A stretch of 64,000 bases of DNA from Candidatus Latescibacterota bacterium (GTDB lineage Bacteria > Latescibacterota > UBA2968 > GCA-2709665), in contig OZ244744.1 in NCBI GenBank assembly GCA_965219455.1, forward strand, positions 5,664,001 through 5,728,000, in the 5' to 3' direction. This document shows positions 1-9,296 of the stretch, piece by piece. The notes beneath the pieces are model-generated. The model did not search any database and had not been told where the DNA came from. It worked only from the letters and a program-made list of their open reading frames with translations. The translations under genes and the position numbers were made by a program. Every line of letters starts with the position of its first letter. Within the stretch, counting starts at the first letter, position 1.

Positions 1-1
1 G

Positions 2-115
2 CCAGTTCGCTACGCGTATGAAAACGTCGTAGACCAATTCGAGACAGCTTTTCATGGTGAAAAACCGTGGACCGAATCTTGTACGGCGTTCCTTAATGAA
101 AACGCGTTCAATTAG
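2..115 (+). CDS. 3' end of a hypothetical protein (partial, runs off window start)
   Basis: Open frame PVRYAYENVVDQFETAFHGEKPWTESCTAFLNENAFN ending in TAG 113-115; no recognisable motif. Confidence 0.3.
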   Translation, partial: PVRYAYENVVDQFETAFHGEKPWTESCTAFLNENAFN

Positions 116-751
116 GTTGGCCGTACGCACGTAGTTGCGTAAGTTCCAGGTCAGATGGAGACATGCCACGACGGCTTGGCGTCCGGCTATCAAGCTTGGA
201 ACATCATAGATCATCGGCATATCGTGCCTGATCTCGCGCCATTGTTTCGATGGCGTTTTGGTAACGAAGTTCGGAATCCGAGGACCTGGCAACGGCATTG
301 GTGGCTGGTGGGCCACAACTGAGCTGCTTGCATTCAACGTGTAGGAAAGTCGACCGATTAGATCGGCTCAAGGATCTACTCGGTGGTGATGTCGACTGTG
401 TGGGCAACCCGCGTCGATTGAGGACCCGGATGAACTCGTAGCCAAGTTTCCCCGGAAAAGCCCCTGCCCTCGCCGCCGGGGTCCGTATCTCGTGCGGATC
501 GCGCATCACCTGTCGCCTTGAGCGCCGTGCCCATTCGAACGCATTCGTCACGGCTGCCGAGAAATGCGGCAAGCGTTTCAATTTGCGATATTTTCGCCCT
601 CGTACTTGGAACGCTTGCGTTTTGCCTCGGATGGCTGATGCGCTCAAGCGATATCTCGCACAGACGCTTTAAAAGGTGGAGCAGACATTCCTGTCTGCTC
701 GAATATACCAACCCGAAACCTCAGAATCCCGTGTCCGGGCACGCCACGACT

Positions 752-941
752 CGCCGCCGTCTCCCCCAATGGAAGAAGACGGCGCTCTCTATTGGATCAC
801 ATTAATATCACCGGCGTCACCGGGACTTTCTGCCTCGAAGAATCCTATGATCACATGGTGCACAGCAAATAGCAGTATTGGCGCTTCGTCCGCTACATCG
901 CGGAAAACCCCGCAAAAGCCGGACTGCGCGACCACCTGTAG
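752..941 (+). pseudogene. REP-associated tyrosine transposase (RAYT/TnpA-REP) remnant
   Basis: N-terminal RRRLPQW/EEDGALYWIT (frameshifted) lies next to C-terminal TGTFCLEESYDHMVHSK*QYWRFVRYIAENPAKAGL; TAG at 870-872; HUH core missing. Confidence 0.8.
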
Positions 942-964
942 GGGCGACCGGCCGGTTCCCCTAC
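938..964. repeat. GTAG-type REP hairpin
   Basis: GTAGGGGCGACCGGCCGGTTCCCCTAC, an imperfect palindrome at the end of the RAYT remnant. Confidence 0.7.
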
Positions 965-1263
965 GCTACAAAGGAGGCGCAAGACTTTCTTCTGTCTGCA
1001 TTCCGTAAGAATGACAATGAGAAGTGCAGACAGAAATGTCTGCCCCGCCTTCACACGCGCTTCCTCAACGGCTCGACAAGCCATTGTGCGGGGGTGGAGA
1101 TGATTGATTCGCGAGTAAAGCAGCTTAGATGCTCCATTTTATGGCGACGGGTTGCCAATTTCGAAATCCGGGAGGGACCGCCCATGTATCCATCTGGCGC
1201 CGGTCGGGAGGATCGTTCGACTCGTAGACGGCGCGGGAATCCGTCCCCTTTTCGCAAGAACCC

Positions 1264-1512
1264 TCATGGCCACAGAGCATCCTCGGCCAACAGGTTGGAG
1301 AATTGCGAGAACGGAAGGATTTCGATACCGTCTGCAGTTCGCAATTCAGGTCCTTCGGGATAGACGACAATGCGTCGGCACAGACCCTCGAGGTCGACCA
1401 GAACCCTCAATCCCTTGCACCAGGATTCTGTGAACGTGGCGCCGGACTCGACCTCGATCGCGACGAATTCTTCCCCCCGTCTGAGCAGGAAATCGACCTC
1501 GGTTCGCGTCGG
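1264..1512 (-). pseudogene. C-terminal fragment of an AAA ATPase with DUF4143
   Basis: Minus-strand frame TRTEVDFLLRRGEEFVAIEVESGATF...DGIEILPFSQFSNLLAEDALWP*; no start codon or ATPase domain upstream. Confidence 0.7.
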
Positions 1513-1810
1513 GACAGAAGCTGCGAAAATGTGCGTTTGGAAATGGCAATTGCGATTTGGCGTTCTTTTTGGCCGTCGCTATATTCCACGATGAGATTTG
1601 CAATTTGACTATGTTGTCGTCATTTTTCACAGTAATTTGACGACGACATATACAAATATTGCAAAATGCCACTGGCTCTCGCCCACGCCTGCTTTACCGC
1701 GAACCCGTAGTTTCAGCCGAAACAAGGACTATAGGACGCCAATATGCCTCGCCGAGTTATTCGCGAAATGCGTCCCTTCCAAAACGGTGTCCCCGCTTTC
1801 AAACCGGCAG

Positions 1811-2259
1811 TGTGTCCGCGCGCAGGTTCGTTCACCACGACTTTGAATTAAAGGTACAGTCGCACAGACGGGAGATTCTTCGCAGCGCTCAGAATGGCAT
1901 GTTTGCCGATCGCCAAGCGCGTTGTTTCCCGCTGTCATCCTGAGGAAGCCGCCAGGCTGACGAAGGATCTACTGCGGCATCGATTCACCCCTGCGCGACT
2001 TGCACGTGTACCGACCGGAATGGCGGCACGTTTGCCTCCTGAGTAGAACGGCAGTGGCGGGAGATTATTCGACTGCGCTTAGAATGACAGGCCTACCGTT
2101 CACCATCTTTGCAATGAGTTCGTCACATTTGCGGTCCCATTGTCATACTCAGGATGCCGACAAGCTGCGATGTGTCCGCGCCCAGGTTCGTCTACGACAG
2201 GTTTGTATTAAAGGTCCAGTTGCGAAGACGGGAGATTCTTCGCTATGCTCAGAATGACA
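1811..2259. repeat. Cluster of TGTCATCCTGAG..GAAGGATCT / AGATTCTTCGCTGCGCTCAGAATGACA REP-like repeats, including an 89-bp direct repeat
   Basis: Units at 1873-1899, 1933-1970 (inverted), 2062-2089 and 2233-2259; 1811-1899 and 2171-2259 align ungapped, 73/89 by hand count. Confidence 0.8.
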
Positions 2260-2500
2260 GCGGGGCCGATCAACATTCGAGAAAATCATCCGTCGCACGT
2301 GCGCCCACAAAGCTATGCTGAGCAGGCGGCCAAGCTGGGAAGCGTCCGCGCGGGCTGCCATGCCAAAGGATCTACAAGGCGGATACCCGTTGCCTGGTGT
2401 GTCGAAATTTCCTATCTTGAAAGCGGCCAATAGGATTTTCTCCTCGGTGAATGGGTATTCTTTCATTTCCCGGTTATTTCAAGCCAGGTTGGAGCGACCG

Positions 2501-2752
2501 ATGTCAATGCGACAGCTTGTTATCGAAGTGCCGGAGAAGGTGTTGCTGGCAGTAAACACGGACGAGTCCGATTTCGCCCGCGAATTGCGCACGCTAGCCG
2601 CAGTAAAGCTGTATGAACTGGGTCGCCTGTCGTCCGGCCGGGCGGCCGAACTTGCAAGCATGTCACGGGTTGAATTCCTGCTGGGCCTTGAACGGTATAA
2701 GGTTTTTCCTTTAGCGGCTGAGTTAAACGACCTGGAGAGCCAGCATACCTGA
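2501..2752 (+). CDS. UPF0175 family antitoxin-like protein
   Basis: AAVKLYELGRLSSGRAAELASMSRVEFL motif; GGAG RBS at 2491. Confidence 0.88.
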   Translation: MSMRQLVIEVPEKVLLAVNTDESDFARELRTLAAVKLYELGRLSSGRAAELASMSRVEFLLGLERYKVFPLAAELNDLESQHT

Positions 2753-3236
2753 AGCAATCAGCAATACGTCTCCCTTGTTGTTTCTGTACCAAATTGACGC
2801 ACTGGAATGGCTGTCCAGCCTGTTCGGCGAGGTCTGGGTTCCAAACGCGGTCGTGAACGAACTTCAAAAAGGCCGGCAAAAAGGGTATGACGTTCCCAAC
2901 CCCGGCGCCTATGACTGGTTGAGAATCGTTGAGCCTCATTCCATACCTTTGGAATGGCGGGCGCTGGACCTGGGCGCGGGTGAGCTTGCCGCGCTGTCGC
3001 TTGGTTTGGAAAACTCGGACCGGGTGGTTCTTGTCGACGAGCGGTTGGCGCGGCGAATCGCTCAGGATGCCGGCCTAACGGTCTGGGGAACACTCAAGGT
3101 TCTGCTTGAGGCGAAATCTCAAGGGTTGACAGAACGCGTCGAGCCGCTTGTGGACCGGCTGAAAGAATCAGGAATGTGGATTTCAGATTTGATTCGACAG
3201 GAGGTCTTGGCGCTGGCAGGTGAAGCCGACCAATAG
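2745..3236 (+). CDS. DUF3368 (PIN-like) protein, TA partner; expected start codon reads ATA
   Basis: (I)PEAISNTSPLLFLYQI..LGAGELAALSL..VLVDERLARRIA..GTLKVLLEAK; overlaps the upstream stop codon. Confidence 0.85.
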   Translation: MPEAISNTSPLLFLYQIDALEWLSSLFGEVWVPNAVVNELQKGRQKGYDVPNPGAYDWLRIVEPHSIPLEWRALDLGAGELAALSLGLENSDRVVLVDERLARRIAQDAGLTVWGTLKVLLEAKSQGLTERVEPLVDRLKESGMWISDLIRQEVLALAGEADQ

Positions 3237-3402
3237 AACGAGAAAGGGAGAGTATTTGGTAAACGCACCTCAGGATGGGTTCCTGCGGTATTTTTTTATT
3301 CAATTTCAAGCGGGTCGGCCGACACGGCGCACAACGCTGCAGGCAGGTCCGCTCGAATTCATTAACGAAGGTCCCTTTTACACTTACTCTGGAACGGGCG
3401 GT

Positions 3403-3429
3403 AGATTCCTCGCTGCGCTCAGAATGACA
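3403..3429. repeat. Further copy of the AGATTCCTCGCTGCGCTCAGAATGACA repeat
   Basis: Matches the units at 1873, 2062 and 2233. Confidence 0.75.
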
Positions 3430-3502
3430 GGTCGGTCGCTACCCCCCCCCCCCCCCGTGCCGAGATTCCACAGCCCGGTCTCGTCGGTTCCCCCCTCCTC
3501 CC

Positions 3503-4099
3503 CTACCCACCCATCAGTGATTCGAAATCCCGCCTTAGCCGCTCACCTGTGTCCACGACCGTTTCCCCCCAGCTGATTACCGGGCCGGGCGACCTGTCCC
3601 ATCGTGCTTCCGGGCCGAACAGGACATAGATGTCCCACGCGACGTCCACGTCCTTCCCATACCATTCCTGCTGCGCGAACCACCTCCCCGTAACGCGCTG
3701 CTCGTCCCAGAGATGCACCACCCTCGGGTCCGGAAGCAGGCTCTTCTTCCATTCCGACCGGGCATCGCTGGCGATTATCGGAAGCCAGACCGCGTAAACC
3801 TTCATGTTTGCACCGCCGTTCTTTCCCAGAATCTCTTCCTGCACCCAACTGGCGCCTGCCTGGCAGACCGGTCAGGTGGGAGAAAGCAGCAAAATGAGAC
3901 GTGGGACGCCCGCGTCCTGATTGAAGATCGCCTTAAGATCCTCAATCCGGCTGATATCCCTCAAATCCTGTGAGGCTTCCTCGGATACGGTGTCCTTACC
4001 GCAGGCGGCGAACGGGACCGCTGCCAGCAGCATGATCAACGGCCACTGCCGGCGGGATGCCGCGGCGATCCGTATCCAACGCCGGAATTGTCTTATCAT
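3503..4099 (-). CDS. Probable selenoprotein: thioredoxin-like lipoprotein with UxxC motif
   Basis: ORFs 3872-4105 and 3503-3844 are one frame joined by TGA (3874-3872): RLILLLSPT-U-PVC-QAGASWVQEEIL..VYAVW; lipobox-like PFAAC; AGGAG before ATG 4099. Confidence 0.8.
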
Positions 4100-4345
4100 C
4101 GCCACTCTCCTGAATAAAAACAGCCGTTTCTGTTTATGGTATCAGCGAGATCGAGGGCGTCAAATTACCGAGGGCACGTGAAAAACACAACCGGTATCGC
4201 ATGACCGCCGGCAGTGGATCCAGCGGAGTTGCCATCGTACGCCCGGAGCATTGTCCGGTAAAGGGAGTTCCATCCCGTTGCCTCGCCGACGCCTCACGAT
4301 CGTCGTGAATATCTCGGCTTGCTATATTACGATAATCGAAACATT

Positions 4346-4375
4346 TTGCAGCGTATTGATTCGAGGTGTTATATT
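4346..4375 (+). promoter_or_regulatory. Putative sigma70 promoter of the TonB-dependent receptor
   Basis: TTGCAG (4346)-N18-TATATT (4370) with extended -10 TG. Confidence 0.45.
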
Positions 4376-4441
4376 TTGCGACACTTTTTTAAAATCGCGA
4401 GCGGCCGCGCGAGTTTCCGGTCGACGGCGCCGGCTAAAAAA

Positions 4442-4550
4442 GACGCCGAACCCCGCTTTGACCCTGGTACCGCCGGCCCCGGCCGGTTCGAGAAACGCCG
4501 GCGGATTTCAGGCTGAGGGCGGCGTCGCCGGGGTTCCGCCAACCCCCGGA
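4442..4550 (+). ncRNA. Candidate structured 5' leader RNA (riboswitch-like, unassigned)
   Basis: Nested stems GACGCCG/CGGCGTC, CCC/GGG, CCTG/CAGG and CCGCCGGC/GCCGGCGG with a TGA/CTGA internal loop, then a second hairpin just before the RBS. Confidence 0.45.
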
Positions 4551-4571
4551 CCATCACAGGAGAGAGACGTC

Positions 4572-7421
4572 ATGCCCGTCATTTTCCCCTTCCTCCGGAT
4601 TGTGTTTTCCGTTGCCTTACTCATCGGTGCGGCGTGCGTTGCCCCGGCATCTGCTGAAGATGTCGAGAACGCTGACGATGTCGAAGAGACCGAAGATGGA
4701 GAGGATATCGTCTACGAAATGGAAGCCATTACCGTGACCGGCTCGCGGATCAAGAGCGATGAACACCTTACGCCGGCCCCCGTCGTGGTTCTGTCGCGGG
4801 ATGAAATCAAGGTAAGGGGCCTGGCGTCGATCGGAGACGTACTGCAGACCCTTACCGTTCAGTCCAATGCCATCAACACCCAGGCAAATAACGGGGGAGA
4901 TGGCTCCACGCGCATCAGTCTCCGGGGGCTGGGTGCTCATCGAACCCTGGTTCTGCTCAACGGACGCCGCTTCGTTCCGGGCGGCACCGGTGCGAATTCC
5001 TCGGTCGATCTCAACGCCATTCCCGCCTCCGCCGTTGAACGCGTCGAAGTGCTCAAGGACGGCGCGTCGGCCGTGTATGGTTCGGACGCGGTCGGGGGCG
5101 TTGTCAATATCATCACGAGGTCTGAAACCGAGGGACTGGAATTCGAATTCTACCAGGGTGTTTCGGGCGAGGGCGACGGCGAGGCGCTGGATATCAGTGT
5201 TACTGCCGGCCTGAAGAGTGAGCGCGGCAGTTTCCTGTTTTCAGCAGGCTATCACAACCGGAAGCCCGTATGGACCGGCAACCGGCCCTTCAGTACGGAG
5301 GACAAGACGTACGACTGGGAAGAGAACGACGGCACCTACGCCACCAGCGGCAGTTCTGCCACCCCCGAGGGCCACATCATCGACCGAACGGGCGCGCCCG
5401 GCAACGCGGCGTGGCAGGCGCTGGCCGCGGCTGCCGGCGAAGCCGCCGGCGACTACCACCGCGACCCCAACGCAGGATGGCGCCCGTTCAACTGGGCGGG
5501 TAATTCTTCGGACGGCAGCGGAGATCTGTACAATTACCAGCCGGAAAATTACCTCTACACGCCGCAGGCCCGATACACGACCTTTCTCAGCGGTTCCTAT
5601 GAATTCGCCCCGGAGGCGAAAAGCTTCTTCGAGGTCTCGTACACCAACCGGCAATCCGATCAGAAGCTCGCGCCGACCCCCCTTTTCATCATCAGTGAGG
5701 GCCTTGCCGTATCGTCGACGAACATTTACAATGAATTCGGCCGCGAATTTTACGACCTCCGCCGCAGGTTCGTCGAAGGAGGCAATCGCAATTTTCTTCA
5801 GGATATCAACACCTATCGCATCGTCCTGGGCCTGGAATATCGGCTGGCGGGTTTCGACACCGATTTATCGTATTCGTACGGCCGCAGCGAGGGCACGAAT
5901 ATCAACGAGGGTCGATTCATCCGCAGCAACGTCGCCCAAGCGCTGGGGCCCGACGCGGAATGCGCCGCCATCGGGGACTGCGTACCGCTCGATCTGCTGC
6001 ACGGCGCCGGTACCATTACACAGGAAATGCTGGACTACATCCAGTATACGGGTATCGCCACGGGCCATTCCAGGCAGAAGATTCTCCAATGGAACCTGAC
6101 CGGGCAGATCGCCGAGATGCCGGCCGGGCCTCTGGCCGTGGCCGCGGGCGTCTCTTCACGCTGGGAGGCGGGCGCCTATATTCCCGATCCGATAACGAAA
6201 TCCGGAAATACGACCGGCAGCAAGCAGGAATCGACCGAAGGCGCCTATTCGGTGAGGGCCCTTTACGGGGAGACCTCTGTGCCGGTCTATCGGGCGGATG
6301 CCTTTGGATTGGATCTGACGGCAGCCGGCCGGGCATTCGATTACGACACCTTTGGCAGCGGCTTTACGTACGAGGCAGGCGCCCGTTGCGAACTTCCCCG
6401 CGGGCTCACACTCCGGGCAACGATATCCAACGCGTTTCGTGCACCCGGCATCGCCGAGATGTTCCTCGGCCAGAGCGATGCCTTCCCGGCCGTAAGCGAT
6501 CCCTGCAGCGTGGTCGACGAAGCGGGCAATCCCCGGACGTTGACGGCCGAACAAACGAGAAATTGCGCGGCCGCGGGCGTACCGGCCGATTTCCAGGACT
6601 CACGGGCGCAGCTGAGAGCCAGGGTGGGCGGTTCTACGGACCTCGACCCGGAAACCGCGGCCATGATTACTGCCGGTCTTATCTACCAGCCCGACTTTGT
6701 CGACAACCTGGATATTGCCATCAGTTACTATACCAACAAAATCGAGGATGTGATCGGGGCGCTGCCCGCGGGTCTAATTCTGAGCAACTGCTATTCACAG
6801 GATACGCCTTCCTACTGCGACCAGATCGTGCGGGACCCGAGCACGAATCTTATTACCACGATCCAAACGCAGGGCGCCAACGTCGGCGAAACCGAGACCG
6901 CCGGACTGGATGTAGAGTTCGATTACACCGTCGATTCCCGGCTGGGCTTCCTTACCGCTCGCACGGAGACCAACATGCTCCTGAAATACGATCAACTGGT
7001 GCCGTCGGCAAACGGGCTGGAACTGGTCAAGGGAAGAGGGTTCTACGATTTAGGCGTATTTCCCCGGTGGCGCCACGCGGCGTCGGTCGGTCTGAGCCAG
7101 CCGCGCGTCTCTTTTGGCCTGACCTGGAAGTTCGTGGGCGGCTTTCAGGAGTGCGAAGACGACGATTGCAAGGGCCTGTATCGCGCGGACGTGTCGGAAA
7201 CGCCCGTGAGCCGCAAGGTCAGCTCAAACAGCACGTTCGGTCTGTACGGGTCCTACAGACTCGGAACGCGGATGGGCGCCTCCGTACTTACGGTTGGAAT
7301 CAACAATATCTTCAATCAGCGGCCTGCGGTGATATTCAACGGCTTTCTCGGCACCTCGGATGCCAGTACTTACGACTTCATGGGCAGATATCTTTATCTG
7401 CGTTTATCACATTACCTGTAA
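4572..7421 (+). CDS. TonB-dependent receptor
   Basis: Signal peptide, TonB box EAITVTGSRI, plug ISLRGLG..RTLVLLNGRR, VERVEVLKDGASAVYGSDAVGGVVNIIT, C-terminal YDFMGRYLYLRLSHYL; AGGAG RBS before ATG 4572. Confidence 0.95.
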   Translation: MPVIFPFLRIVFSVALLIGAACVAPASAEDVENADDVEETEDGEDIVYEMEAITVTGSRIKSDEHLTPAPVVVLSRDEIKVRGLASIGDVLQTLTVQSNAINTQANNGGDGSTRISLRGLGAHRTLVLLNGRRFVPGGTGANSSVDLNAIPASAVERVEVLKDGASAVYGSDAVGGVVNIITRSETEGLEFEFYQGVSGEGDGEALDISVTAGLKSERGSFLFSAGYHNRKPVWTGNRPFSTEDKTYDWEENDGTYATSGSSATPEGHIIDRTGAPGNAAWQALAAAAGEAAGDYHRDPNAGWRPFNWAGNSSDGSGDLYNYQPENYLYTPQARYTTFLSGSYEFAPEAKSFFEVSYTNRQSDQKLAPTPLFIISEGLAVSSTNIYNEFGREFYDLRRRFVEGGNRNFLQDINTYRIVLGLEYRLAGFDTDLSYSYGRSEGTNINEGRFIRSNVAQALGPDAECAAIGDCVPLDLLHGAGTITQEMLDYIQYTGIATGHSRQKILQWNLTGQIAEMPAGPLAVAAGVSSRWEAGAYIPDPITKSGNTTGSKQESTEGAYSVRALYGETSVPVYRADAFGLDLTAAGRAFDYDTFGSGFTYEAGARCELPRGLTLRATISNAFRAPGIAEMFLGQSDAFPAVSDPCSVVDEAGNPRTLTAEQTRNCAAAGVPADFQDSRAQLRARVGGSTDLDPETAAMITAGLIYQPDFVDNLDIAISYYTNKIEDVIGALPAGLILSNCYSQDTPSYCDQIVRDPSTNLITTIQTQGANVGETETAGLDVEFDYTVDSRLGFLTARTETNMLLKYDQLVPSANGLELVKGRGFYDLGVFPRWRHAASVGLSQPRVSFGLTWKFVGGFQECEDDDCKGLYRADVSETPVSRKVSSNSTFGLYGSYRLGTRMGASVLTVGINNIFNQRPAVIFNGFLGTSDASTYDFMGRYLYLRLSHYL

Positions 7422-7532
7422 AATGGGACGCACGGCATCGGCTTTATGAAGGCTCCGTTGAACTTCAGTATACCCATGGGCGACTCCATGATCAGCGGAC
7501 AGCACGCAGCAGGTATCGATGGAACTCCGGTT

Positions 7533-7682
7533 TGGTGTCCCGTCTCAGAAATATGTTACCATTCATCCGCCTGTCTGCGTGCGTGAGACAGCACGCACAG
7601 GCAGGCCGATACATCCCGTCCAGCTGCATTGCCTTCGCTCGACGGCCGAATTTCGGCAATCTATTTCCGGAACGGAACACCA
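7533..7682. mobile_element. MITE-like element, copy 1 (150 bp)
   Basis: Terminal inverted repeats TGGTGTCCCGTCTCAGAAATA / TATTTCCGGAACGGAACACCA (17/21); internal palindrome CCTGTCTGCGTGC..GCACGCACAGGCAGG; related copy at 11132. Confidence 0.65.
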
Positions 7683-7734
7683 GACGATGCGTTCAACATA
7701 AAGCCCTTATTCATCTCTAAATTCGGGAGGTTTA

Positions 7735-8967
7735 GTGGTCCAACGTATTGCCGCCATCGGCTTCATCTTTTTGTCTATATCAGTCGGGTGGCTCATTCTG
7801 GGCCAGACCATCCACCTGCGCACGATGAGACAGGACGACAAGCTCAAAGACGCCGTGGGACAACTCTGGGGTACGGCCCAGACCCAGCAGACCCCGCAAA
7901 TCTACCGCCTGGATCGCGTTACCCGCATTGAAGCCAGCTCCGAAGGCGAGTCCATCGCGCGCACAGCAGACGAAAAACGCTTCCTGAGCCTGGCGTCCAG
8001 CCGCATTGAAGTCGACCTGTCCCTTGAGCACCGTCGCAAGGGCCTGCTTTGGTATTCCACCTATCATGTCACATTCGCCGCCACGTACACCGTATCCAAC
8101 CCTACCGACCAGAGCCTGACCCTGTATTTCGATCTGAAACTGCCCGCCAATCGCGCCGTGTACGATGATTTTACCTTGAGCGTCGACAGCCGGCGCATCT
8201 CCGACGTCCCGATCCTCGCCGGCCATCTGGTACAACCCGTCGATCTCTCGCCCGGCCAGAGTCTTCCCGTCCACGTATCCTACCGCTCCCAGGGCCTGGA
8301 CCAGTGGCGCTACAGCTTTGGCCGCGACGTCAGCCAGGTTTCGGACTTCGAACTGGTGATGCGCACTGATTTCGCCGCCATCGATTTTCCCGCGGACAGC
8401 GTATCCCCCGTCTCCAAGACCCGCGACGGCGACGCCTGGGCCCTGAAGTGGCGTTACGATCATCTCCTCACCGGCGTTGATCTGGGGATGACTATGCCCG
8501 CCCGGCTTAACCCCGGACCCTGGGTCAGACAGGTCGTGTTCGCGGCCCCGATCTCCCTGTTCCTGTTCTTCTTCCTGCTCTTCGTTTTCACCACCGTGCG
8601 CCACATCGACCTGCACCCGATGCACTACTTCTTCATCGGGGCCGCCTACTTCAGCTTCCACCTGTTGCTGGCCTACCTGGTCGACCACATGCTCATCCAC
8701 TACGCCTTCGTGCTCGCCTCCGCGGTCTCGATTTTCCTCGTCACGTCTTACATGCGACTGGTCCTGGGCGCGCGCCTGGCCTTCGTCGAAATCGGCGTGG
8801 GTCAGTTTATCTACCTGGTGCTCTTCTCCTACACCTTTTTCTGTTCCGGCTACACCGGCCTGGCCATTACCCTGTTGTGCATCGCCACCCTGTTTGCGGC
8901 GATGCAGTTCACCGGTCGCACCGATTGGAACGCGGTATTCGAGAAGAAAGCCGGTCGCAATTCCTGA
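7735..8967 (+). CDS. CreD-like inner membrane protein
   Basis: N-terminal TM, RRKGLLWYSTY, large soluble domain, LHPMHYFF..FHLLLAYLVDH and a 6-TM C-terminus. Confidence 0.8.
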   Translation: MVQRIAAIGFIFLSISVGWLILGQTIHLRTMRQDDKLKDAVGQLWGTAQTQQTPQIYRLDRVTRIEASSEGESIARTADEKRFLSLASSRIEVDLSLEHRRKGLLWYSTYHVTFAATYTVSNPTDQSLTLYFDLKLPANRAVYDDFTLSVDSRRISDVPILAGHLVQPVDLSPGQSLPVHVSYRSQGLDQWRYSFGRDVSQVSDFELVMRTDFAAIDFPADSVSPVSKTRDGDAWALKWRYDHLLTGVDLGMTMPARLNPGPWVRQVVFAAPISLFLFFFLLFVFTTVRHIDLHPMHYFFIGAAYFSFHLLLAYLVDHMLIHYAFVLASAVSIFLVTSYMRLVLGARLAFVEIGVGQFIYLVLFSYTFFCSGYTGLAITLLCIATLFAAMQFTGRTDWNAVFEKKAGRNS

Positions 8968-9241
8968 ACCGGGTACATGCTCAGGCTACCGGTGGCCTCC
9001 GGTCGTGATATCCAACGGCTTGCTCACGTGCGCCTATCGCATTGTCTTTAGGCCCTTCCCCCCTTCCAGTAACTATCCCACGCAATGCTGGCAGTAGTCC
9101 ACAGCGCCACGCCCGGCGATTAACTCTCCCCGAAGCCGAACTCCGGAATCGCTTGCGACAACGAAACTACAGGACAGCTTCTTGGTGCATTGCAATATAA
9201 ATTCCCCATTTTCTCAATTAGCCGACAAAACCGCAAAACGT

Positions 9242-9296
9242 TTGACGAGCCACTACATTATGTTATATTCTTTATATGGAAATATCAAATATAACA
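9242..9296 (+). promoter_or_regulatory. hsdM promoter (probably leaderless) with inverted-repeat operator
   Basis: TTGACG 9242, extended -10 TGnTATATT 9261-9269, ATG 6 nt later with no SD; TGTTATATT-N18-AATATAACA inverted repeat. Confidence 0.6.

Larger units (their letters stand above)
675..1049. repeat. REP-like palindrome family GGTGG(A/G)GCAGACATTCCTGTCTGC, 3 copies
   Basis: Copies at 675-700, 973-999 (degenerate) and 1026-1049 (inverted), flanking the RAYT remnant. Confidence 0.7.

Noticed and set aside
121-674. Overlapping ORFs 204-647, 376-711 and 518-805
   Set aside because: No recognisable motifs and biased composition; likely spurious
1811-2372. Repeat cluster as a CRISPR array
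   Set aside because: Mixed orientation, degenerate units, irregular spacing and no cas genes
3442-3456. C15 homopolymer
   Set aside because: Intergenic between convergent 3' ends, so no clear phase-variation target; may be a sequencing artefact
4251-4571. N-terminal extension of the TonB receptor ORF (likewise nrdJ 30501-30653)
   Set aside because: Covers promoter or leader; the real start has an RBS (and, for the receptor, a signal peptide) downstream
5960-7720. 586-aa alternative-frame ORF and similar long shadow ORFs (7780-8700, 48621-49478, 56511-57365)
   Set aside because: Arg-rich or antisense shadows of well-supported genes in high-GC DNA
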